64,000 nucleotides of DNA from a virus (lineage: Duplodnaviria; Caudoviricetes), in IMG/VR virus record IMGVR_UViG_3300013281_000008, positions 1-64,000 of that record. One strand, given 5' to 3'. The notes under the pieces are model-generated. The model was not told where the DNA came from. It saw nothing but the letters and a program-made list of their open reading frames with translations, and did not search any database. The translations under genes and the position numbers were made by a program. Every line of letters begins with the position of its first letter. The first letter of the stretch is position 1. Positions 56,005-64,000 of the stretch are shown piece by piece.

Positions 56005-56007
56005 AAA

Positions 56008-56018
56008 TTAATAAGTAT
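56008..56018 (+). promoter_or_regulatory. TTAATAAGTAT candidate late promoter
   Basis: Intergenic. Confidence 0.7.
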
Positions 56019-56055
56019 TAATGGTATTAACACAGAGTATTAAAAGGGGTACATA

Positions 56056-58347
56056 ATGGGAAATAATCAATGGAAACTTCAGGGCGCGCTTCGGTTTGGT
56101 AACCTTTCTGGTGACCCAACGCCGACATCAGCTGGCCTTTCTTACTTTTCAACATCGGTTAATAAGCTTCGCCTTTACAACGGCTCGGCTTGGGTTAGTT
56201 TGGCTAACCTTTCCGAATTAGCCTCTACTACAGACGGGTCTGCTGGTGCTGATTTAGTTGGTGGTGAGAATAAGTCGTATACCAATATTTCTGGCCTTAC
56301 GACCTATACCGTCCAAGATTTCATTGATCGAATCGATGTAGCCCTCGGTGTCTCTGGTGGAAGTACCTTTAACGATAACGTATTTCGTATTTATGACAAC
56401 GGCGATAATACTAAACAAATCGCTTTTCAAGCTTCTGGTATTTCTACGGCAACGACTCGTACGATTACAATGCCGGATGCCGACGTTGATCTTGGAAACC
56501 TTACGAATTCTAATATTTCAGCGTCTGCCGCCATTGTGTATAGCAAACTTAATTTAACGGGAAGTATTGTAAATGCGGATATTAATGCCTCTGCTGCTAT
56601 CGCTTATAGTAAGCTAAGCTTAACCAATAGCATTGTTAATGCTGATATCAACGCTTCTGCGGCTATTGCTTATAGCAAATTAAACCTTGCTAATAGTATT
56701 GTTAATGCAGACATAGCTACTGGAGCAGCCATTGATGCTGCTAAAATCCACGATGGATCGGTAAGTAACACAGAATTTGGTTACTTAGATGGTGTCACTT
56801 CTTCGATTCAAACCCAATTGGACGCTAAAGCCGATGATGCTGATGTTATTAAGAAAGATGGATCGGTTGCGTTCACTGGTGACCAATCGATGGGTGGATT
56901 TAAACTCACATCTCTTGGTGCCCCAACATCTGGAACAGATGCTGCAACAAAACAATATGTTGATAACGTAGCTGAAGGACTTAAACCCAAAGCCGCCGTT
57001 AGAGCAGCCACAACTGCTGATATTACACTGGCTAATGAGCAAACTATCGATGATGTTGCTCTAGTTGCCGGTGACCGAGTTCTTGTTAAAGATCAAACCG
57101 ATGACGAAGACAACGGTATTTATAACGTTGTGGACGCGGGTGCATGGACTAGATCTTCTGATTTTGACTCACTTACTCCTATTGATGAAGTCAATGGTGC
57201 ATATGTTGCAGTTCAAGAAGGTACAGTTAATGCCGGTAAAATCTATGTTCAACAAGGTGAAGTAACCGCGATTGGTACAGATCCAATTATCTTTGTATTC
57301 TTCAACTCCTCAGCCTCTCTTGTTGGTGGAGATGGTATCACTGTTTCTGGTAATAATATCAGTGTTGATCACGACGGTGAAGGTCTTACGTTTGTTGCCA
57401 CACAGTTGGCACTTGAACTTGACGGATCTACACTTTCTAAATCAGCTTCTGGTCTTAAAGTTGCAGATGGTGGTATTACCAATACTCAAGTTAATGCTTC
57501 TGCGGCTATTGCTTATAGCAAGTTAAATCTATCAAATAGTATTGTTAATGCAGATATTAACGCGTCTGCAGCTATCGCATATAGTAAGCTAAGCTTAACC
57601 AATAGCATTGTCAATGCTGATATTAACTCAGCAGCCGCCATTGCTTATAGCAAGTTAAACTTGTCAGCAAGTATTGTGAATGCTGATATAGCAGCAGCTG
57701 CAGCGATTGCTCTTAATAAACTTGCCGCAGTGACAGCTAACCGAGCGTTGGCTTCAGATGGATCTGGCTTTATTGTAGCTACTTCTGTCACGGATACTGA
57801 ACTTGGATATCTCTCGGGTGTTACATCTGCCATCCAAACTCAACTGGACGCTAAAGTAACTGGACCGGCTTCTGCAACGGACGAAGCACTTGCTCGATTC
57901 GATGGAACAACCGGCAAGCTTGTTCAAAACAGCTCAACCAACCTGTCGGATTCTGGAGCACTCACTATCGCCGATGTATTCAAACGCGGTGATGGTGGTT
58001 TAACAAACTTTATTGAAGAAGAGTACATTTACAACCAGAGCTTAACTGCTTCCACTACGGCAGTTTTGGCGGCTCTTACTTTCGATAGTAAGGTTTATAA
58101 GGCGATCCATGTTGAATATCAAGTTCGAAATGGTAATAACCGCCGAACTGGTAAACTCTATGTCGTATGTGACAACGCCGATGGCGTTGCCGCAACTAAC
58201 GTATCCATTGTAGACAACTCTACAGAAACGGCAGAAATCAACCTTTCTTGGTCTGCCGCAATGAACGGGGATAACGTAGAAATCAGTTATACGACGAGTT
58301 CTGGAACTTATTCAATAAACATGGATACTAAACGTTTTAAGAGCTAA
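56056..58347 (+). CDS. long tail-fibre-like protein with 22-aa repeats
   Basis: NADINASAAIAYSKL.L.NSIV repeats in two blocks; central AATK.YVD...GDRVLVKDQ...NGIY domain. Confidence 0.75.
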   Translation: MGNNQWKLQGALRFGNLSGDPTPTSAGLSYFSTSVNKLRLYNGSAWVSLANLSELASTTDGSAGADLVGGENKSYTNISGLTTYTVQDFIDRIDVALGVSGGSTFNDNVFRIYDNGDNTKQIAFQASGISTATTRTITMPDADVDLGNLTNSNISASAAIVYSKLNLTGSIVNADINASAAIAYSKLSLTNSIVNADINASAAIAYSKLNLANSIVNADIATGAAIDAAKIHDGSVSNTEFGYLDGVTSSIQTQLDAKADDADVIKKDGSVAFTGDQSMGGFKLTSLGAPTSGTDAATKQYVDNVAEGLKPKAAVRAATTADITLANEQTIDDVALVAGDRVLVKDQTDDEDNGIYNVVDAGAWTRSSDFDSLTPIDEVNGAYVAVQEGTVNAGKIYVQQGEVTAIGTDPIIFVFFNSSASLVGGDGITVSGNNISVDHDGEGLTFVATQLALELDGSTLSKSASGLKVADGGITNTQVNASAAIAYSKLNLSNSIVNADINASAAIAYSKLSLTNSIVNADINSAAAIAYSKLNLSASIVNADIAAAAAIALNKLAAVTANRALASDGSGFIVATSVTDTELGYLSGVTSAIQTQLDAKVTGPASATDEALARFDGTTGKLVQNSSTNLSDSGALTIADVFKRGDGGLTNFIEEEYIYNQSLTASTTAVLAALTFDSKVYKAIHVEYQVRNGNNRRTGKLYVVCDNADGVAATNVSIVDNSTETAEINLSWSAAMNGDNVEISYTTSSGTYSINMDTKRFKS

Positions 58348-58348
58348 T

Positions 58349-58359
58349 TTAATAAGTAT
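58349..58359 (+). promoter_or_regulatory. TTAATAAGTAT candidate late promoter
   Basis: Intergenic. Confidence 0.7.
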
Positions 58360-58437
58360 TATGTAAGGTATATGGGGTCTATTATGACCCCATCTGCCTC
58401 TTTAAATGGATAGTTTGGAAAGTTAAAGAGGATATTA

Positions 58438-59841
58438 ATGTCGTTGGACTTCTTCAGGATCTCAAAAGGGATTAGATTAACACCCCAGTCGGGAGCGCCT
58501 TCTTCTCCACAAGAAGGTGATTTATACTTTGACAACTCCCTTGTAAAACTCAGGGTGTATCAAAATGGAACTTGGGTTAATATCACCGATTCTGACGGAA
58601 CTGTACTTCTAGCTGACGGATCGGCTGCTTCCCCATCTTTAGCTTTTGCTTCTTCCGGGAATGAAAATACTGGTCTTTATTTATTTGGAACTGATAGTCT
58701 TGGTTTTTCCGCCAACGGAACTTCTGTTGGTAACTATTCAGCAGCTGGTCTTTGGACCATTGGAGCAACTAGCGGCACGCAAACCCATGCAGTAAATGGT
58801 CAGATGGCTATTACTAGCCGTCTCGCAGTAGGAACGACTGATTCTTCAGCTACGGCACTAAACGGTGCCGGCTCTGTCACAAGCGGTGCTTCTCAATCTG
58901 GTATATCGTCAGATTGGACTTATAGCTCTGCGGCCACCACACAAGCGTTGGGTATTGTTTCAAGAATTAATACTCAAGCTGCTTCATTTACTTTACCATT
59001 TGGTGCTGCTTTTAATGCGACAGCGCCTATTATTGGAGCAGGTTCAACTATTACTAGGAGTATTGGTTTACGTTTTAGTGGTACTTGGACAGGTGGTACT
59101 AATAATGCTTATATTGCTGATAATACTTCGTTCACCGGCAACTACTTTATTAACTCGACAAGTACAAATCCATCGGTTTTAAGTGGAAGATTAGATATTA
59201 ATTCAGGCGGAACCACCTCCACATCTATTTTAAGAGTTGGTGGAACAGCAACTATTTTAACTGGTACTGATCAACAAGGTATTTATACAAACTCGGCAAT
59301 GTCATCTGCGGCAACAAGTTCTATTGCCGGTATTAGAATTCAAGTCGAAACACCTAATACAACATTTACAACAGCAATAGCTGCTTCTTTACGAACGACG
59401 AGCTTTGTAAAAGGCGCTTCTCATACAATTACAAGATACGCTCAATTACTCATTGATGGAACTATTCCAACTACGGCAACCGGATCAGCTTACATAGCTG
59501 ACAACACAACATTCACCGGCAACTACTTCATCCATTCCACAAGCACTTCAGAATCTTTAATATCTGGTGATTTAAGAATTAATACGGCAGGTAAAGGCCT
59601 CCTTGTAAAAGAAGGATCTAATGCTAAAATGGGAGTTGCTACGCTAGTTGCTGGTACTGTTACGGTTAATACGACGGCAGTTACTGCAAATAGCCGTATT
59701 TTTCTAACTCATCAAAATAATAGTGGAACTGTGGGATTTGTGACAGTAAGTGCAAGAACCGCATCAACTAGTTTTACGATTCTCTCCAGCAATGCAGCAG
59801 ACACTAGTAATATCGCTTGGATGATAGTAGAACCGGCATAA
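58438..59841 (+). CDS. fibre/spike-like structural protein
   Basis: DGSAASPSLAF..D.NTGLY motif; internal duplication YIADNT.FTGNYFI.STST; C-terminal G.ATLVAGTVTV.TTAV domain. Confidence 0.7.
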   Translation: MSLDFFRISKGIRLTPQSGAPSSPQEGDLYFDNSLVKLRVYQNGTWVNITDSDGTVLLADGSAASPSLAFASSGNENTGLYLFGTDSLGFSANGTSVGNYSAAGLWTIGATSGTQTHAVNGQMAITSRLAVGTTDSSATALNGAGSVTSGASQSGISSDWTYSSAATTQALGIVSRINTQAASFTLPFGAAFNATAPIIGAGSTITRSIGLRFSGTWTGGTNNAYIADNTSFTGNYFINSTSTNPSVLSGRLDINSGGTTSTSILRVGGTATILTGTDQQGIYTNSAMSSAATSSIAGIRIQVETPNTTFTTAIAASLRTTSFVKGASHTITRYAQLLIDGTIPTTATGSAYIADNTTFTGNYFIHSTSTSESLISGDLRINTAGKGLLVKEGSNAKMGVATLVAGTVTVNTTAVTANSRIFLTHQNNSGTVGFVTVSARTASTSFTILSSNAADTSNIAWMIVEPA

Positions 59842-59877
59842 TAAAGTTTAATATTAATTTAAGGAGCAAATAATAAC

Positions 59878-60201
59878 ATGGCAGATCAAATGAACGCAAA
59901 ACAGCAAGCTAAGAAGGAACTCCTTCAAGAGCTTATCGATATGATGAATCAAGAAATGGATTATTCTCTTCCCGGTATGGAACGTCCAGAAATGGATATG
60001 GAAATGCCCGAGGAAGTTGAATTGGAAGTAGACATGGAAGCACCCAAGGCACCCAAAGTGGAAATGCCTGAAGAGGGTATGGAAGAGATTGAAATGTCTC
60101 AACCTCCGATGTCTGATGAAGATCAAATGGATCAAGATTTGATGGAATTGGCCAGCAAGAAATCCATAAAGGACGAAGAAGAGGATAAAGAAGAGGCTTA
60201 A
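59878..60201 (+). CDS. acidic Met/Glu-rich hypothetical protein
   Basis: 107 aa, low complexity. Confidence 0.6.
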   Translation: MADQMNAKQQAKKELLQELIDMMNQEMDYSLPGMERPEMDMEMPEEVELEVDMEAPKAPKVEMPEEGMEEIEMSQPPMSDEDQMDQDLMELASKKSIKDEEEDKEEA

Positions 60202-60203
60202 TT

Positions 60204-60515
60204 ATGCCCTTTGATTATAAGCAAGAAGCTTTAAAAGATCTCATGAGACAGATCGAGGAAGGACGTCTTCAAGAATCTGATCTTATGACTCAACTTGAAC
60301 AGAAACCGTCTGATCAAGAAGCTTCTGATGCTATCTCTCGTTTTCTTGCTTCACAAGATCCAAAAGAAGCCGTTCCTCCAGTTCAACCAGGTCCTCCAAT
60401 GGAACAACCTAGTGCTCAACGTGACCTTAACGTTTTAGAAAAGCCCTTTTATGAAGGCTTAGAAGAACGTAAGCGTCAAGAACGAGAATTGGAAGAATAC
60501 TTCAAAAATAGATAA
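60204..60515 (+). CDS. hypothetical protein
   Basis: 103-aa ORF. Confidence 0.6.
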   Translation: MPFDYKQEALKDLMRQIEEGRLQESDLMTQLEQKPSDQEASDAISRFLASQDPKEAVPPVQPGPPMEQPSAQRDLNVLEKPFYEGLEERKRQERELEEYFKNR

Positions 60516-60526
60516 AGGGGTTCCTA

Positions 60527-61459
60527 GTGCCCAGCTACACAACCACCCAATTGGTTAATACGATTAAGACCAAAGGTCTTGTTCCTACTAACCAGTTAAC
60601 ATTTACAACGGATCAAATTCTTCAGATTGCAGATGAAGAAATGCAGACTGGTGTTGTTCCACTCATTATGACTGCCAGAGAGGAATACTTTGTCAAGTTT
60701 GAAGACTTCACTATTAATTCTGGTCAATCTGAATATGAACTACCTTATCGCTCAATTGGCTCCAAATTGCGCGAAATTACGGTTGTAAACGGCGAATCTG
60801 AGTATAAGATTCCTCTTTTTCAAGCTGATCAAATTGCCGATAGAAACGATCCATTTGGATTTAATGCCGGGACTGTTGCATATCTAAGAGCTAATAAGGT
60901 GGTTCTTAGTCCCGGCCCTGTACCTTCTCTCGGTCAAACCCTTCGAATGTATTATTTTAATCGAAGAAATACTTTGGTTCAAGAAACAGCAGCCGGGCGT
61001 ATTGATGCGATAGATACCAATACCAATACTATTACTCTATCTAACGTTCCAACAACCTTTAGTATTTCTAGCCAATATGACTTCATTAAATCTAAGCCAG
61101 GTTTTGAGAATCTAGCAGAAGATCGCACACCTACTGCAATTAATGGGACTTTATTTACTTTTGCAAGTCTTCCATCTGGTTTGGTGGTTGGTGATTATTT
61201 GGCGTTATCTGGAGAATCCCCGATTGTACAGATACCCGTAGAATTCCAGCCAGTTTTAGCCCAGCGTGTAATTGTACGTATTTTAGAAGCAATTGGCGAT
61301 ACCACTGGGGTTCAAGTTGCTAGAACAAAGTTAGTTGAATTAGAAAAGAATACTTTGGATCTTATTTCTCCACGAGTTGATGGAAATCCAAAGAAGATTG
61401 TTAATATTTATGGTCCGCTTAATGCGGGAGGACGTTTTTCTAGATGGTGGCGTTCCTAG
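60527..61459 (+). CDS. head-tail adaptor / tail tubular protein A-like
   Basis: YTT..L...IK...T..QIL..A.EE helical N-terminus; Y.LP; IP.EF...L...V; precedes a tubular-B-like gene. Confidence 0.6.
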   Translation: MPSYTTTQLVNTIKTKGLVPTNQLTFTTDQILQIADEEMQTGVVPLIMTAREEYFVKFEDFTINSGQSEYELPYRSIGSKLREITVVNGESEYKIPLFQADQIADRNDPFGFNAGTVAYLRANKVVLSPGPVPSLGQTLRMYYFNRRNTLVQETAAGRIDAIDTNTNTITLSNVPTTFSISSQYDFIKSKPGFENLAEDRTPTAINGTLFTFASLPSGLVVGDYLALSGESPIVQIPVEFQPVLAQRVIVRILEAIGDTTGVQVARTKLVELEKNTLDLISPRVDGNPKKIVNIYGPLNAGGRFSRWWRS

Positions 61460-61483
61460 AACAAACGAATTGGTTAATTAAAA

Positions 61484-64000
61484 ATGAGTCAGCAATTAAC
61501 AATTCGAACTCAAGGTCTTTATCGCAATACTAACGAACTCTCTGAAACACCAGAAGGTTCTTTACTTACTGCAGATAATATCGTAATTGATAAAGACAGC
61601 ATTATTGAACCACGTCGTGGTTTAGATTCACTTGCCTATAAATTTCGTGATGCTTCCGACCGTGCTATAAATCTATTCTTCTACAAAGATGCTTTATTGG
61701 CTCATAATAGCACGGACTTAATGAGCCGTTATGATTCAACCGGAGTTGCAGTTACTGGCGACTTTACATCTAGCACGAATATAATTACGTCCATTGCGCC
61801 AAATACCGATGATTTATCAGTCGGCCAAACTGTTGTCGGAACCTACGTATTTGAATTAACAGCGGTTGCCGACGTAGCCGGAAGCTTAGCTGGTAAATAC
61901 TTTCTATTTAATGCCGCTCAAAATAGTACTAGATACTATGGTTGGTTTCAAGTTTCTGGTTCTGGAATAAATCCAAACGTACCAAATAGAACCGGTGTTC
62001 AAATTAACATATCGACAAACGACACCGCAAATACTGTAGCCTCGGCAATTAACACGCAAGTGAACGCTTTGACCGATTTTAATTCTAGTGTTCTAGGTGC
62101 TATCGTAACTGTTACGAATGCAAATGTTGGAGATTCTGATATTGCAAGAAACGCCCCGGGCGTAGACTCTCCAGGATTTACATTTAATAATATTGGTACT
62201 GGTGTTCCAGAGGGAACCGTTATTGACAGTATCGATAGCGCTTCCCAAGTAACTGTGTCCCAAAACTTCACCGAAACTCGAACTGGTGGTAATATAGCCT
62301 TTGCCGGATGGCGTAATTATAATGGAACTTATACCGCTCCCGGTGCCGCTTATACTAGAATTAGGGCATCTACCTCTAATCAGAACTTCTATTTTGTTTC
62401 CAATACTGGAGTTAAAAAGCTTGATAGCTTAGACGGTACTATTATTAATTCCGGCGGAATAAAAGCCATTGATGGGGCTGGAACTACGACCGGATCTTCT
62501 GGTTTTTTAGCCAACAATTTTAAAGTCGCATATAGGATTGTTTGGGGTTATAAAGACACCAACAATAACTTAATTTTAGGAGTCCCAAGCGAGCGCATCG
62601 TTGTCAATAATACGAGCGGCGGAACCAGAGATGTAGAATTAACTATTTATATTCCAGATGGTATTACTGTCGATTATTTCTATCAAATCTATCGTTCCGA
62701 ACAAGCTGATGTAAATGGAGAAGGTCCTTCAGACGAGCTTAGGCTTGTATATGAGGATAATCCAACATCTGCTGAATTGACTGACGAAGAAATCGTATTA
62801 ACTGAAAATACTCCAGAAGATCTTAGAGATGGAGCTCTCATTTACACAGCGCCGTCTCAAGAAACCATTCTTCAAGCGAATGAAATACCGCCATATGCGC
62901 AAGATATAGACGTATTTCAAAATTGCATGTTCTATGCGAATACTCGAACACGTCAACAGCTTCCTTTGACATTGTTAGCCGTTGGGGCTCCAACTGGATT
63001 GAATTATATAGTTCAGGACGCAACCTATGTAAATGCTACAACATTCACGGTTGTATCGGCGTCTGGTATTGCAGTTGGAATGCTTATTACTGGTCCTGGG
63101 GCTAATATTCCATCTGGATTGAGTGTTTCAAACGTCAATGGTACTACCATTACGGTGACTGGTGGGACTCTTACCGCTTGGGGTGGAACTATCTCTGTCC
63201 AATTTAGAGATGGTATAACAATCAATGGTGTGCAGTACATATCTAATAATTTGACAGAATATGATAATACTGTTACGTTTACGGCGGCTTCTCCAGGTAA
63301 GGTTAATTGGACAGCTCACGGATTAACTGCTAATTCAACCATTGTCTTTTCAACAACTGGGACACTTCCAACTGGATTAGTTGCAGGAACCACCTATTAT
63401 GTAAATAATCCAGGCGCCAACGATTTTGAGATTGCAGCCACTCAAGAAGGCACAAGTATTAACTTAATTGATACTGGAACTGGTGTTCATACGGCAATTG
63501 CCAACCAAAGACGTTTTCAAGTCTATACTGGCGGATCTCCGGCCCAAAATGTTGACACCACAGCCAGACAAATAATTCGAGTCGTAAATACAACATCTTT
63601 GAATACTACGGTCTATGGATATTATTTATCAGGTCCAGAAGATCTTCCAGGACAAATGTTAATAGAGGCGCGAACTGTTTCAGTTGCTCAATTTTTTACA
63701 ACAGCAACTTCTCACGGAAGTGCATTTAATCCAGTTCTTCCAACATCTGGTACTTCTGTTGCTTCCATTAATGATGAATTTAAAAATGGTCTTTATTTTA
63801 GTAAACCTCTTCAACCAGAAGCCGTTCCATCTGGAAACTTCTTAAGAATTGGTGATGCTGACGAAGAAATCCTTCGTATAAAACGACTTCGAGATGCTCT
63901 TTTCATATTTAAAAAGGATGGAATCTTTCGAGTAATCGGGGATGATCCTACTACATTTAGGGCGGATCTTTTGGATAATACGGCAACTATCGTTGCTCCA
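61484..64000 (+). CDS. tail tubular protein B / P22 gp10-like nozzle protein, truncated at the window end (not in ORF track)
   Basis: ATG 61484: MSQQLTIRTQGLYRN.NELSETPEGSLLTADNIVID....EPRRG; frame not translated codon by codon to the end, but no plus-strand ORF interrupts it. Confidence 0.65.
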   Translation, partial: MSQQLTIRTQGLYRNTNELSETPEGSLLTADNIVIDKDSIIEPRRGLDSLAYKFRDASDRAINLFFYKDALLAHNSTDLMSRYDSTGVAVTGDFTSSTNIITSIAPNTDDLSVGQTVVGTYVFELTAVADVAGSLAGKYFLFNAAQNSTRYYGWFQVSGSGINPNVPNRTGVQINISTNDTANTVASAINTQVNALTDFNSSVLGAIVTVTNANVGDSDIARNAPGVDSPGFTFNNIGTGVPEGTVIDSIDSASQVTVSQNFTETRTGGNIAFAGWRNYNGTYTAPGAAYTRIRASTSNQNFYFVSNTGVKKLDSLDGTIINSGGIKAIDGAGTTTGSSGFLANNFKVAYRIVWGYKDTNNNLILGVPSERIVVNNTSGGTRDVELTIYIPDGITVDYFYQIYRSEQADVNGEGPSDELRLVYEDNPTSAELTDEEIVLTENTPEDLRDGALIYTAPSQETILQANEIPPYAQDIDVFQNCMFYANTRTRQQLPLTLLAVGAPTGLNYIVQDATYVNATTFTVVSASGIAVGMLITGPGANIPSGLSVSNVNGTTITVTGGTLTAWGGTISVQFRDGITINGVQYISNNLTEYDNTVTFTAASPGKVNWTAHGLTANSTIVFSTTGTLPTGLVAGTTYYVNNPGANDFEIAATQEGTSINLIDTGTGVHTAIANQRRFQVYTGGSPAQNVDTTARQIIRVVNTTSLNTTVYGYYLSGPEDLPGQMLIEARTVSVAQFFTTATSHGSAFNPVLPTSGTSVASINDEFKNGLYFSKPLQPEAVPSGNFLRIGDADEEILRIKRLRDALFIFKKDGIFRVIGDDPTTFRADLLDNTATIVAP

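Noticed and set aside
1-64000. tRNA/rRNA genes, integrase and stop-codon reassignment
   Set aside because: No cloverleaf or rRNA-like segments and no integrase motifs noticed; long conserved genes read normally in code 11, and the only breaks are explained by the intron and one frameshift

Overview
This window is a 64-kb slice of an AT-rich, podovirus-like tailed dsDNA phage genome with two arms diverging at about 37.5 kb. The left arm (minus strand, 1-37459) carries early/accessory genes and a replication-recombination module: PolB, primase-helicase, SF2 helicase, SSB/SSAP, RecA-like, SbcCD-like, RuvC-like, dNMP kinase, dUTPase, Ung and an HD hydrolase. It also carries host-interaction genes: PilZ, PhaR-like, Sm-like, OmpA-like and a small outer-membrane beta-barrel. 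The right arm (plus strand, 37538-64000) is the morphogenesis module: TerL, portal, scaffold, major capsid protein, fibre proteins and tail tubular proteins. The main unexplained structures are: (1) a ~500-nt structured non-coding locus whose 5' end is a perfect 23-nt antisense match to an RBS-sequestering hairpin leader of the primase-helicase gene, a candidate natural toehold-switch riboregulator; (2) ten dispersed mini-gene cassettes built of 12-nt [xxQL] repeats (about 124 units) whose conserved tails supply the RBS of the next gene; (3) six consensus sigma54 (-24/-12) sites on both strands in a 1.2-kb non-coding region; (4) an 11-nt candidate phage late-promoter motif, TTAATAAGTAT, in eight copies at gene boundaries; and (5) an ORF-less group IA intron splitting the major capsid gene, flanked by free-standing GIY-YIG and HNH genes. 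All family assignments are by eye from motifs; no database searches were run.
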